In this document: one piece after another, positions 10,201 through 19,902 of the stretch
How positions within the stretch are numbered: the first letter of the stretch is position 1
How the letters are laid out: every line of letters starts with the position of its first letter
Source of the DNA: Candidatus Chisholmbacteria bacterium
Lineage (GTDB): Bacteria; Patescibacteriota; Microgenomatia; UBA1400; Chisholmbacteraceae
DNA length: 64,000 nt
Direction of reading: 5' to 3'
Assembly (NCBI GenBank): GCA_963704905.1
Contig: CAVPHZ010000001.1
Span: forward strand, 643,438-707,437
Position numbers and translations under genes: made by a program
The notes under the pieces: generated by a model
Databases searched by the model: none
What the model saw: the letters and a program-made list of their open reading frames with translations, nothing else
Told to the model about the DNA's origin: nothing

Positions 10201-11186
10201 TTCCGTTGAAAATTACTGATCCAATAGATTCCCTCAGCTTGGACGAGCTTCGTCAATTTGATGCTGTTGTACTTTATGGGTATCGTTACAAGAATCATGG
10301 GAAAGCATGGAAGCTTTTGGATGCATGGGTGAGAGAAGGTGGAAAGTTGTTTATTGAGACTGGGAGTACTGTGCGTGAGACGAATATTCAATCTGATTCG
10401 TATCCTAATGCTGAGTTGCCTTCCGTCTTTCCTTTATCTGAAACAAAGAAAGATACAATTGGTGATGAGTGGAACTTGACTGTCGAGGATGAGGAGGTAT
10501 TTTCTCGAATAGATGAGGAGCTGTTTGGCCCACCCACGATTGATGGAGAGCCTTGGGAATTTTCATTACCCGTGAGTGAGGATTCATTGCGAGAGGATGC
10601 TGAAGTGATTCTGCGTCATCAAAATATTCCACTCCTTCTCAAGCAGACACTTGGAGATGGTGTGGTTTTTTGGAGTGGAATGAATTTGCCATATCATGCC
10701 ATGGTTCATAAAAGTGCAATGGAGGGACTGTTTATTTCTGAGATTTTGGAGCAGTTAGTATCATTGGAATCAACGTCAATTCCCGAAGATTATTCAGTTG
10801 AACGGAAATCGCCCCAGCAAGCAAGTATCACATCAAAACCGGCTCGGGGAGTACTTTTTCGTGAACAAGTGTATTCTTGGAATGCAAAGCTGGACTCTCC
10901 GAACAAACGCGGGAAACTTACCATTTATAAGACAGGACCAACGTTTCACGGGTACAGTTATGTCTTTATACCAGAGGAAGTCGGAGATGATCAGTTCACT
11001 GTTCATTTTACCTACGGGAAGGTTACGAGTGAGTACTTTTATAGTCTCTTGAGTATCATAACTATGATTATTGTCGTCGAGTATTCAATCTTGGATGGGA
11101 GGATGTTTTCGAGAAGAATGACCCCGATTGTTTTGAAAGGAATGAAAAAAGTTTCGAAATGGTGGGAAAAAGAGGATGAGTATTAA
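7245..11186 (+). CDS. large YfhO-like GT-C membrane protein with a duplicated extracytoplasmic GATase-like/beta-sandwich module
   Basis: About 12 N-terminal TMs with W...WWSGHP...YP; two copies of I.GP..ID.L....L..YD..ILY.Y...GG..FIETG...WSG.NL; final TM; start ATG 7245 after GAGGT. Confidence 0.7.
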   Translation: MKNTRKKKVKNTVLNRLFSLALHMPPVAIVIFAWSIVARWYFTHSPALGVDLFNTATYVTYLSKNYVPRLFAWKYIWWSGHPLVGEYPTLHAYLIAPFVHYFGAVTAVQAYMLVQLLLFFLFMYLLFSEISRSRYLSSFLVVLAVFSIGTYGALVWGGSLPYFGTQTFLPLVLFLFVRFLQQKDKRSLVLSGALTGLSLFGHPQIAIVYILPAVFLLLALWSDKAIPFLSKKKIKIFALFSGLAAFVGYFEMYGRTGVSLLLLPLWIVNYMLSFFGSKLPSFVPAQITEGNVSIGVGLSATQLAILKVQHERIYLLFKEIHPAFFVMMGVLLIVALVLILISKSKKQLLRMVPYGILSLYFVFYIWLYSRGISFFHGGWYRVFWSFPLFFGMFISWEWSVVQQAVKRFVSKSPRRSILIFGSVIFIGVTIWVFIQSPRNFFENIDNLDLAYSVQSSAFPAPLNFLFREHQTDQLKEQLVPGWLEANNREFRLYEADAQVNIWWNTMFDMPVQRGYIDPPIGTERRGGYFWLDIAMKADQLVTEFEVPEDIALQNALFLLDWFGIKYIEAGHSSDSFAPLSSYLQSADLFSKEERLWYPDKKRFFSYYLDHEPVPLRAINKPQLLFVGNEPAYRATVEALRTSATNPDFVIIRGPDYIDRLSTKGLQKYDGLILYDYAYRDYSNQDQAYAVVADFLSSGKNVFIETGGGVYESDSLRGQSFASVLAKGRALPSLFPVLATEKDSFGDDWDLTVERKSFLEGVSVDQFAPPLSLSTEGSEDNAPWEVSFADEKAVDRGATVLIRNHGIPVAAEKRFGEGRIIWSGLNLGVHAEQYQNYNERLFLSNMLLSLYDFQSRMQPEYEVDSKAPGHLSVSVHGDANGIFLAQETIEGWAATIEGKDTSLIQSLEFPEPGLFIKLPAKEWKNLDVEFVYQGKQFLQYYELKDEFSSPILHPTNASVIAVVGDDNSYETFFRNLGTNNLNSKKIIPLKITDPIDSLSLDELRQFDAVVLYGYRYKNHGKAWKLLDAWVREGGKLFIETGSTVRETNIQSDSYPNAELPSVFPLSETKKDTIGDEWNLTVEDEEVFSRIDEELFGPPTIDGEPWEFSLPVSEDSLREDAEVILRHQNIPLLLKQTLGDGVVFWSGMNLPYHAMVHKSAMEGLFISEILEQLVSLESTSIPEDYSVERKSPQQASITSKPARGVLFREQVYSWNAKLDSPNKRGKLTIYKTGPTFHGYSYVFIPEEVGDDQFTVHFTYGKVTSEYFYSLLSIITMIIVVEYSILDGRMFSRRMTPIVLKGMKKVSKWWEKEDEY

Positions 11187-11232
11187 ATTCAATGATCAAT
11201 TATCAATGATTAAGGTTCTAACCATTTGAGCA

Positions 11233-14200
11233 ATGAAACATAGGAACAAAGAAGAACAAGTACCATCGGAAAAAGAAATGCGGCAGCATCTTGTAAAGAA
11301 TAGGCTTTTGAGAATTGTTGCGGTGGTGTTTTCATTGACCTTGCATGTTATTGCGGTGTATGTAATGTACAAGGTTTGGCAGCCGATTGCTGAGTGGTAT
11401 CTGTCAACATTTCCGATACGGGGAATTGATTTTTATAATACCGTGACCTATGTGCGGTACCTTCGAGATAATTCTGTGCTTCGATTTACTGGATGGAAAG
11501 ATATTTGGTTTTCAGGAGCACCTCTAGCAAGTGATTATCCCGGGCTTCATTTTTATCTCATGCAACCACTGGTTAAAACCTATGGCTTGATACGATCAGT
11601 TCAGTATTACATGCTTGGGAGCATCTTTCTGTATGGAGTATTTTCATATCTTCTTTTTTGGAGGATTAGCAAGATTCGGGCGTTAGCTTTAGTCTTAGCG
11701 TTGGCGGTTGTTTATTCCGTTTCTCCATATGGGGCACTTGTATGGGGTGGATCATTACCCTTTTTTGCAACCCAGATGTTTTATCCGTTAGCTATTTTCT
11801 TTCTTGTAAGCTATTTACAAACCAAAAACCGGCGGTGGTTTTACTTGTCTGCTTTGACTACCGGAGTGGCTGTTTTTGGCCATCCGATTGTGCCAATGAT
11901 TTACATGTTGCCGACAGCCGCAGTTTTGATCCTATTTTGGATGGATGGGCAAACGCGACTGTTTAGTCTTAAGAAACTGAAGGATATAACGATCTATGTG
12001 ACCCTTGTGTTTGCAGTAAGTTTTATTGAAATTCGCTATCTTTTAGGTGATGTTGTACGTTTTACATTCGGACGTTTTGCTTCAATATTTCAAATTCTTC
12101 TAGGTGACCTGGGAATGAATCCATATAATACGGAGCTTAATGTTGCTGCTGAAGGTTCTACGGCTGAGGCAGAGTTTGCACGAAATCAGCTTTACTCTAT
12201 CATCTCACAAACGAATTTTACGATATTTGCATTCGGTTCGGTTTTTGCTCTTTTGTTTGTAGTTACGATTATTTTACGGAAGAAAAAGGTTCGATTATTT
12301 TGGATTCTCCCGGGTTTTGTTCTAGCTGCGTATCTCGTGGGTTATATCAGTCTCTATGCATTTGGAATCCCATTCTTCCACGGAGGTTGGTATCGTACAT
12401 TTTGGGCCGTACCAGTAGTATTTTCGTTATTTGTTGCCTGGATGGGTGGTGGGGTAAGAGAGGCGATTAGTGAACGTTTTGGTGTCCTTGCGAAAAAGAA
12501 GGGAATCATTGGTATCTTGTCCGTGGTGCTGGTAAATATTGTAATTCTTGTGGCTGGCGTGTATGCACTTCAGATTTTTTCAACATCAACATTTGAGGAT
12601 ATTGACTCTCGAGGTATTGCATCAAGCGCTTTTCCTGACCGCTTAAATATTCTTACCTCTGATGAAGAGCTTGAGGAGATGAAAGACATTCTCCTCCCAT
12701 CATGGATTGATCCGAATGATCGAAACGTGCGTCTTTACACCATTGACGCTACTGTCAACATTTGGTGGAACTCGCTCTATGATATGCCTCTTGCAAGGGG
12801 ATACATTGATCCCCCGCTTAATACTGCTGAGCGCTGGGGATTATTTTGGCTGGACTCGGTGATGAGTCCTGGTTCGGAAAGCCATCGTAGCAGTCTAGAG
12901 GTCGATTGGGAAGTTCCGGAAGGTGTTGTTAAGAACAACACGAAATTCTTATTTGACTGGTATGCAGTTCGGTATTTAGAAGGCAATCATTCAAGTACTG
13001 GAAATTCGGCATTTGCAGAGCATGTAACGAGCGATGAATTTGTTAATAAACGGGACTCGGCGACATCGTCTGGGTATCTAAAGCGGTATGAAACGTACAG
13101 TGGAAAGGAAGAGTGGGATGAGAAGGGGAGGCAAACACTCAATTACTATCGTGTTAAGAAGAGCTTAACTTCGCCAATTGCTTCTGCAAGCCGGGTTCCA
13201 GCAGTGCTTTTGATCGGATCAGAGGTTGCGTATGACACCTTGATGCGTGTGTTGGGCATGGAAAACCTTAATTCTCAGAAAATGATTCTGGTTAAAGGAC
13301 CCCAAAACATTGATGATGTTGAGCTTTCAGATCTTACCGGTTTTGATGGGGTGATTCTTTATGAGTATGACTATCGAAAGCACAGCAAAGCATGGGCTGC
13401 GATAGATGGATTCGTAAAAAATGGTGGGAGCGTATTTGTTGATACTGGTGCAGAGGTGAAGGAGTCAGACTCCGTTAATCTTCCTGACCGATTTCCAACT
13501 CAATTGCCTGGAATATTTCCACTATTGCGCACGAAACGTGAGGATTTGGGTCGTGATTGGCAGATTGAGGCAAATGAAAGTGAATTAACGAAGGGTGTTG
13601 ATTTTAATGAGTTTTCTCCGCTGGATTTCGATGGTGAACCGTGGAATATTTCTCACCCTCTAGAAAGTGGAGATATTGCAGATGGAGCAGAGGTAATTTT
13701 ACGGCATCGGAGCATTCCAGTAGTGGTGAAGAGTAGTGAATTGGGTGGTGAAGTAATTTGGAGTGGATTTAATCTTCCATATCATATTATTCGCGACTAT
13801 AACGAACAAGAAGCGCAGTTCTTCAGAAATATTCTTTTTGATCTTTTTGGTGTGAATAAACAACTTGTTCGTCCTGATGCGGAGGTTGATTGGATATCAC
13901 CTCAGGAAGTTGTAGTAAAGACGAACGGAGCAAAGGCTGTGCTGTTTAAAGAACAAGCATTTCCTGGATGGACAGCCCGGGTACAGTCGGGCGGGAAGAC
14001 ACAGAATGCAACAATCCATTTGGTTGGGCCGACATCCCCGGGGTTTATGTACGTACGTGTTCCTGAGACTGGTGAGGCAGAGGTTCGATTTAGCTATCAT
14101 GGGGATCCAAGCGTTAAGCGAATCATGATAGTGAGCGCAGTGATTGTTTTGTATCTTCTGGATGCAATTGTGTTTAATGGTGGGGTGCTAACTCGGGCAA

Positions 14201-14271
14201 CGCTGGCTGTTAAAGCGGTTATCAGAAGAATTCTTCGTCGTTGGTGGCAGAAGGATGATGATTATGAGTAA
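11233..14271 (+). CDS. large YfhO-like GT-C membrane protein (paralog 2)
   Basis: Same architecture: WFSGAP..DYP, WGGSLPFF, NIWWN, RGYIDPP, LFKEQAFPGW.A, final TM. Confidence 0.72.
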   Translation: MKHRNKEEQVPSEKEMRQHLVKNRLLRIVAVVFSLTLHVIAVYVMYKVWQPIAEWYLSTFPIRGIDFYNTVTYVRYLRDNSVLRFTGWKDIWFSGAPLASDYPGLHFYLMQPLVKTYGLIRSVQYYMLGSIFLYGVFSYLLFWRISKIRALALVLALAVVYSVSPYGALVWGGSLPFFATQMFYPLAIFFLVSYLQTKNRRWFYLSALTTGVAVFGHPIVPMIYMLPTAAVLILFWMDGQTRLFSLKKLKDITIYVTLVFAVSFIEIRYLLGDVVRFTFGRFASIFQILLGDLGMNPYNTELNVAAEGSTAEAEFARNQLYSIISQTNFTIFAFGSVFALLFVVTIILRKKKVRLFWILPGFVLAAYLVGYISLYAFGIPFFHGGWYRTFWAVPVVFSLFVAWMGGGVREAISERFGVLAKKKGIIGILSVVLVNIVILVAGVYALQIFSTSTFEDIDSRGIASSAFPDRLNILTSDEELEEMKDILLPSWIDPNDRNVRLYTIDATVNIWWNSLYDMPLARGYIDPPLNTAERWGLFWLDSVMSPGSESHRSSLEVDWEVPEGVVKNNTKFLFDWYAVRYLEGNHSSTGNSAFAEHVTSDEFVNKRDSATSSGYLKRYETYSGKEEWDEKGRQTLNYYRVKKSLTSPIASASRVPAVLLIGSEVAYDTLMRVLGMENLNSQKMILVKGPQNIDDVELSDLTGFDGVILYEYDYRKHSKAWAAIDGFVKNGGSVFVDTGAEVKESDSVNLPDRFPTQLPGIFPLLRTKREDLGRDWQIEANESELTKGVDFNEFSPLDFDGEPWNISHPLESGDIADGAEVILRHRSIPVVVKSSELGGEVIWSGFNLPYHIIRDYNEQEAQFFRNILFDLFGVNKQLVRPDAEVDWISPQEVVVKTNGAKAVLFKEQAFPGWTARVQSGGKTQNATIHLVGPTSPGFMYVRVPETGEAEVRFSYHGDPSVKRIMIVSAVIVLYLLDAIVFNGGVLTRATLAVKAVIRRILRRWWQKDDDYE

Positions 14272-15431
14272 TTCTGTCGCAATAGATTTCTGAATTTGTT
14301 TCCAATTTTATTTATGTCAAACTCTTCCGCTTGAGATTGTGCTTGGATAGCGAGTTTCTTTCTTGACTTATTATCTTTTAAATATCTTGAAATTTGGCGA
14401 GAAAACTCTGTGGTGTTTTTTAATGGGACTGTGACGAATCCTTTTTTGAAGACTGAACCGAAGATGGGGTTTTGGTAGGCAACGATTGGTAGGCCGCAAG
14501 CCATAGCTTCGGCGGTGGCGAGGCTGAAACCAGCTTCGAGATCGGTCATGAGGAATAGTTTGGAGGACTTTAGAATATCATAGAGCTTAGTTTCTGAAAC
14601 AAAGCCTAGAATATCGATATTCTTCTCTAGCTTTTTTTCCTTTATCAATGATTTAAACTTTTCCTTTGTCTGTGTTCGAGCTTCGCCAATAACTGCTAAC
14701 TTGGCTCTCGAATATTTTTCTATTACTCGTTTCCAGATTTCTGGAAGATCGAAAACTCCTTTAGCAAAGTGAAGTCTGCCAAGAAAAACCGCATCGTAAT
14801 CGTAGTACTTTTTAACTTTATGACTTTTGATTTTCTTAAGATTGATACCTGCTCCGATGGTTTTTACCTTTCTTGTATCAAAATTCATTTTTAGCAGTGT
14901 TTGATTTAGTGGTTCATTAAGAGCAATGACCGCATCGGCCTTTCTTTTAATCATATCTAGGCTAAGTTGTTGAAGAATGTAGGCAGCGGTGTTTGAAAAC
15001 AGATTGCCTGCACGTCTATGGGGGAGTGGAGAGAGATGATGTATACGTACAATCCACTTGATGGATGGATGGTTCATTTTAAACAAGAACGCTGGAAGGA
15101 TGTCAGTAATAATGTTGTTGGTGCTGAGAATTAGGTCGGTTTGAAAACCTTTTAGGGTATCAGATGCTTTTGTCATTCGATAGATGTAAGAAATGAAGTA
15201 TGAAAAGTTGTCGTGTAATACAAGTGGATCGGGTGAGAGCTCAAGAAGTTTTATAGAATTCGTTTTTTTTATCTTTTTCCAGTGGTTTGCAGCGATATTT
15301 GGTATGAGGACAGTGATGTTATAGTCTTTTGTCATGAAGGGTATGAGTTGGCGGAGTAGCGTGTCACCACCACTAACCGCATCTGCTGATAAGTGTCCTA
15401 ACTCCAGGGCTAAGAGGTCTTTCTTTTTCAT
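14262..15431 (-). CDS. glycosyltransferase family 4
   Basis: FLGRLHFAKG, AGFSLATAEAMACGLPIV. Confidence 0.9.
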   Translation of the reverse strand: MKKKDLLALELGHLSADAVSGGDTLLRQLIPFMTKDYNITVLIPNIAANHWKKIKKTNSIKLLELSPDPLVLHDNFSYFISYIYRMTKASDTLKGFQTDLILSTNNIITDILPAFLFKMNHPSIKWIVRIHHLSPLPHRRAGNLFSNTAAYILQQLSLDMIKRKADAVIALNEPLNQTLLKMNFDTRKVKTIGAGINLKKIKSHKVKKYYDYDAVFLGRLHFAKGVFDLPEIWKRVIEKYSRAKLAVIGEARTQTKEKFKSLIKEKKLEKNIDILGFVSETKLYDILKSSKLFLMTDLEAGFSLATAEAMACGLPIVAYQNPIFGSVFKKGFVTVPLKNTTEFSRQISRYLKDNKSRKKLAIQAQSQAEEFDINKIGNKFRNLLRQNYS

Positions 15432-16576
15432 GAACTGGTGTTGATAATTTTTAACAATCCGGTCGTGTGGTGTTTCCAGGTGTAGTTTTGCTTCACCTTT
15501 TTCCAGGCTGAATGGCCCATTTTCCAGGCAAGACGTTCGTTGTTTATAAGTTTAGTTATGAATGGAAGATAGTCTTCAAGGGATGGGTTTTTTGGGAAAA
15601 AACCATGTAGCCCATGCTCAAAGAGTGATGCAACCCCGGAATCTTGCGGCATGATGATGGGGGCGCCGTGACTTGCAGCTTCTATGCCTCCCATTCCAAA
15701 CGCTTCACTGTTCGGATGAATCCAGACTCTGGCTTGCTTGAAGAGTTTTTTTAGTTGTTTGGTATCAAACTTTTCGATCACTGTGAGTCTTTTACTGACT
15801 CCAAGATGGTTGGCTTGTTGTTTAAACTTGAAGAGGTCGTTAAGGTTTGACCAATTTCCGGCAATGGTTAGTTTTGCTTTGGGTAGTGCTTTGAGTATTT
15901 GAAGCAGGAGTTGGGGGGTTTTTTCTTTTTGCCAACGGCTGATAGCTAGGAGTTGATTACCTCGACGGTTTGGTATATTTTTCAATGGTTTTCCAGCCAA
16001 GGGAAGAATGTGTGGTTTTTGACCATAAGTTTTTTTTATTCTGTTAGCGTGGAAAGTGGAATCGATAACTATTTGTTGGGCGGTTGTTCCAATTTGTTTT
16101 TCAAAGAAATGAGCCAGCGGAAAGAGTATTGGAAAGAGATTGGATAGGGGAGTTTTGACATATGCTTTGGTGAGAATGTATGGAATGGGATCATGGATGA
16201 CGGCAATATAGGGTATGTTTCTCTTTTTTAGTATTGCTTGAGCGGTGAAGCAAGTTGAAGTGCCGTGAGAAAGGATTATATCGAATTCTTTTTTTTTGAT
16301 TAAGCGGGTTGCAAAAAATGGGGTGATGAGGTGAGCTGTGGAGAAGAAGGAGAAAAAGGGAAAACTGTTGGGAGTTTTTAGTGGATCTGGAAGTTTGTCG
16401 GATAAGAAAGTATGTGAAGTCGCTTTTACTAAACTTAGATGATGGCGGCTTTTTTTTCGAGTTAAGATAAGGAGTTGGGCTGAATGACCAAGTTTGTTGA
16501 GTTCTTTGGTTTGTTCAATAGCAGTAAGTTGGACACCGCCTGGTATCAAATAATCTATGAGAATTCCTATCTTCAT
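15428..16576 (-). CDS. glycosyltransferase family 4
   Basis: MKIGILIDYLIPGG, EAFGMGGIEAASHG; start likely 16576. Confidence 0.9.
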   Translation of the reverse strand: MKIGILIDYLIPGGVQLTAIEQTKELNKLGHSAQLLILTRKKSRHHLSLVKATSHTFLSDKLPDPLKTPNSFPFFSFFSTAHLITPFFATRLIKKKEFDIILSHGTSTCFTAQAILKKRNIPYIAVIHDPIPYILTKAYVKTPLSNLFPILFPLAHFFEKQIGTTAQQIVIDSTFHANRIKKTYGQKPHILPLAGKPLKNIPNRRGNQLLAISRWQKEKTPQLLLQILKALPKAKLTIAGNWSNLNDLFKFKQQANHLGVSKRLTVIEKFDTKQLKKLFKQARVWIHPNSEAFGMGGIEAASHGAPIIMPQDSGVASLFEHGLHGFFPKNPSLEDYLPFITKLINNERLAWKMGHSAWKKVKQNYTWKHHTTGLLKIINTSS

Positions 16577-16578
16577 GG

Positions 16579-17274
16579 TTACCCTTTTTTTGCTGCGATC
16601 CAAAAGCTGTCACGAAAAGTGGAGAGTGGGGAGGAGATCATTATCCAAGTTAGCAGATATTGTATAGAGTGAGGCAGATTTCTGGCTGGAAGCGGGAGGT
16701 GCCAGTCAAAGGTGACTGTCTGGTCAATTTTGAACTTCAGCTTGAAATCTGTGAATCCATTTTTTTTGAGGAGTATGGCGAGCGTGCTGGGTGTGTAATA
16801 GAAGATGTGAGTAGGGTCTTTGTACGCGAACCAGTTTTTACCAAGAAGATAGCGTAGCGGACTGCTCCAATTGGGTGTGATCAGAAATATCCAGCCATCG
16901 TTTTTTAACACACGGTTTGCTTCACTTATGAATAGTTTACCTTGCGGTTCATTCAGGTGCTCTATGACTGAGATTGACGTGATAAGTTCAAATGAATTTT
17001 TTGGATAGGTAAGTCTGGTAGCGGAGCACTTTTTTATAAGTCCTTTTTTGTTTAATTTCGTTGCAGTCTTTACTGCCTCATCCTCAATGTCGCAACCGCT
17101 TGCATCAAATCCATGGCTGTTGAGGAAAGAAACTAATCTTCCCGTACCGCAGCCGACATCTAAAATCCTGCTTAGCTTATGTTCTTGAGCAAAGATACGG
17201 ATAGAATTGGCGATATGAAGGTCAAGATGATCGCGATCGTCGAAATACTTATTGTCGTAATGAGCGTCAGACAT
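16579..17274 (-). CDS. class I SAM-dependent methyltransferase
   Basis: ILDVGCGTG, VIEHL, ITPN, DPTH. Confidence 0.9.
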   Translation of the reverse strand: MSDAHYDNKYFDDRDHLDLHIANSIRIFAQEHKLSRILDVGCGTGRLVSFLNSHGFDASGCDIEDEAVKTATKLNKKGLIKKCSATRLTYPKNSFELITSISVIEHLNEPQGKLFISEANRVLKNDGWIFLITPNWSSPLRYLLGKNWFAYKDPTHIFYYTPSTLAILLKKNGFTDFKLKFKIDQTVTFDWHLPLPARNLPHSIQYLLTWIMISSPLSTFRDSFWIAAKKG

Positions 17275-17291
17275 TTGGTTGAGTATACCTG

Positions 17292-18785
17292 CTAGTTTTT
17301 CTCCAATTCAAACTCGTAGATTTCGATGTTGTCATGTATTGATGATGAGACAAGTCTGGAGCGATGCGATAATTCACTAACAGTTGATTGTACATCTTGC
17401 GGTGGGCTTAGGAATGTAATACCAACAAACCAGATTCGATTGTATTTTTTTTCGAGATCTTCTATCGGAACAGCTTGTCCTCCAATTTCTTTAAGTGTAT
17501 TTTGACTCAGTCCTGACTTAAAAATTAGAAACTCGTTCTGGTTATCATTGTGGTAGTAGCGGAATGGGAAATAGGAGTAAATGCTTGCATGGGCGATGAC
17601 ATCACCTTCTTTGTAATCAATGAATGGTTTTTGACTGACTATTTTGATTGGATTTCCCTGAAAAATTGGATTCGTTTTCATGAAGATTAGAATAATGATG
17701 TTTAGAGTAATTATTACTCCGAGAATCAATTTCTGGGTTTTTCTTTCAATAAACTTTGTGATGATCAGTGAGATGGTTAGGAAGTAAAAGGGAGAGAAGA
17801 TAGAAAACGAATTTAATGAGTAAATAGGGTAAATGAAGGAGATAAATGTGGCTACGCCAATTGGAAACAGGATAAAGCTTGCTGGCAGAAGAATATTTGT
17901 ATCTTTTCTTTTTTTTGATCCATTTTTGTTGTTGTAGATTGCACTGACTATTCCATAGGCAAAGATTGCAAGGAGCCATAGGGAAAGGATTATTCCTACG
18001 ACTTTTATGTACAGATATGGGCTGTCGAGTAATATGATTTTTAAATTATTTGGCGCAAGGCCTCCCATGCCGTAGGATGCAAATGTGGCTGGGATGATTT
18101 TTGTGAACTCATAGCGCCAAGGTTGAGGGTGATTGTTTATGCGGAATACCATCATCCAGGGGAGGTAGAGAAACAATATAGCACCTTGAAGATACATCCA
18201 TTTCAGGAGTTTTTTTCTTTGACCACTATATTGATAAAAATAAATGAGACTCGCGAGTAGCCAGCTAAAGACAAAGTAGTAGTGGGTGTAGAGCCCGATA
18301 AGCATTGCGATGCTCCAGCCAAATCTCCATTTTCGGTTATCTGTTCTGAGGACTTTAATGAAAAAGAAAAACATAGCGAGATTGAGGAGTATTGCGAGTG
18401 CGTACATTCTGGTTTCTTGGGAGTAGAAGACGTGAAGCGGCGCTGTAGCGAGAAGGGTGGTAGCTATGACTCCTACTTTATGAGAGTGAAGTGTTTTTCC
18501 TGTGAGATACATTACTGGAAGTGCAAGTACTCCGAATATTACAGAGAGTGATCTTAGTGCAATTTCTGAGATTCCAAATATCTGCCAATAGTGCAGAAGG
18601 ATGTAATAGAGAGGCGGGTGATTGTCCGCAGCTGTTGCTCGGATGAGACCAGGGATGTCTCGGTTTGAGACAAAAAAGCTAAACGCTTCGTCAAACCAAA
18701 TGCTTCTTACCGAAAGTGAGGTTGCTCTTATAGCAAAGCCAATTGCGGTGATGGTAATAACGGTAATAATGGTTTTATTTTTCAT
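17292..18785 (-). CDS. GT39/ArnT(PMT)-like membrane glycosyltransferase
   Basis: SIWFDEAFS, DNHPPLYY, RSLSV.FG, YSQETRMY, YTHY. Confidence 0.88.
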   Translation of the reverse strand: MKNKTIITVITITAIGFAIRATSLSVRSIWFDEAFSFFVSNRDIPGLIRATAADNHPPLYYILLHYWQIFGISEIALRSLSVIFGVLALPVMYLTGKTLHSHKVGVIATTLLATAPLHVFYSQETRMYALAILLNLAMFFFFIKVLRTDNRKWRFGWSIAMLIGLYTHYYFVFSWLLASLIYFYQYSGQRKKLLKWMYLQGAILFLYLPWMMVFRINNHPQPWRYEFTKIIPATFASYGMGGLAPNNLKIILLDSPYLYIKVVGIILSLWLLAIFAYGIVSAIYNNKNGSKKRKDTNILLPASFILFPIGVATFISFIYPIYSLNSFSIFSPFYFLTISLIITKFIERKTQKLILGVIITLNIIILIFMKTNPIFQGNPIKIVSQKPFIDYKEGDVIAHASIYSYFPFRYYHNDNQNEFLIFKSGLSQNTLKEIGGQAVPIEDLEKKYNRIWFVGITFLSPPQDVQSTVSELSHRSRLVSSSIHDNIEIYEFELEKN

Positions 18786-19902
18786 TGAGAATAGATTCGA
18801 ATATTGTTATATATGCTTGAGCAGTCTTTTGCCAATTGAATTGTGTTTCTGCTCGATGCTTGGCTGCTTTTCCAAAACTTATTAATAGGTCCTTTTTGTG
18901 AATGAGTCTCATGATGTGGGTTTTGAGCTGATCGGTGTTTTTTGCTACCAATCCAGTTTTGTTATGTTCGATTATCTCTCTGGCTGCACAGTAATCTAGT
19001 GCTAACGCAGGTTTTCCATAAAGAGCTGCTTCGAGGATTGGCATGCCGAAAAATATATATTGATCGCAGGTGATGTAGAGATCACACTTCTTGTAAAGAT
19101 TGGAAAGCTCTTGGTCGGAGATGTTGGGAAGGATTTGTGTGTGATTCGTTTTAATTTCCTTCAGATACTGTAAGTAGTAGGGATTTTGAGAGGATCCTGC
19201 AATTGTGAGATATATTGGTTTTGCTCGTTTCTTCTCAATTTGTTTCACTGCCTCGATTAAGAAATGGAAGCCTTTGTAGGGAGTAATGCGGCTGATTGAG
19301 AGGAGATGGGGATGTCTATTGGTTTGTTTATTTTTACTTTTATTAAGAACATTTGCGCCAAGATGAATTGTGGGTATGTCATATCCGTACAGCGTATGAG
19401 CTTCTTGTGCCGTGTAGTTTGAGATGGCTACTTGTTTATCAGAGAGCCAAAATTGAAGTTTGTCTGAGAAGAGGATAAGCGCATTCCCAAATGCGTTTAC
19501 GAAAATGTCTGCAGTAGAATTTTTCTGGCTGGGAAGTTTTTTTTCTAAATAGCCGTTTAATTGAGTGCCGTAGTAGGTTTTTACAATTGGTATACTGGTG
19601 AGTTTGCAGGCGAGAAAGGTCGGAAGGGTTCCGTGGAAGGATATCAAGTCAAAATTTTCTTCTTTAAGGTATGAAATAAGTTTGGGGATGGCAATGAGTT
19701 TTGCGTTGAATGAAGGACTGCTTTTGATCAACTTGATATTTATATTGAGTTTGTTTAGACCATTTTCAAGCTGTCTGTTGCGTTGGAATGTATACGCAAT
19801 TATTGAAATCTTATGGTGATTAGCGAGGTGTTTTGCTAGTTCTATTGGAGCTCGGGAACCGGAGTGGGTGTTGAGAATTTCAGTGACGACGGCGATTTTC
19901 AT
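18775..19902 (-). CDS. glycosyltransferase family 4
   Basis: SISRITPYKG, FGMPILEAALYGKP. Confidence 0.9.
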   Translation of the reverse strand: MKIAVVTEILNTHSGSRAPIELAKHLANHHKISIIAYTFQRNRQLENGLNKLNINIKLIKSSPSFNAKLIAIPKLISYLKEENFDLISFHGTLPTFLACKLTSIPIVKTYYGTQLNGYLEKKLPSQKNSTADIFVNAFGNALILFSDKLQFWLSDKQVAISNYTAQEAHTLYGYDIPTIHLGANVLNKSKNKQTNRHPHLLSISRITPYKGFHFLIEAVKQIEKKRAKPIYLTIAGSSQNPYYLQYLKEIKTNHTQILPNISDQELSNLYKKCDLYITCDQYIFFGMPILEAALYGKPALALDYCAAREIIEHNKTGLVAKNTDQLKTHIMRLIHKKDLLISFGKAAKHRAETQFNWQKTAQAYITIFESILNEK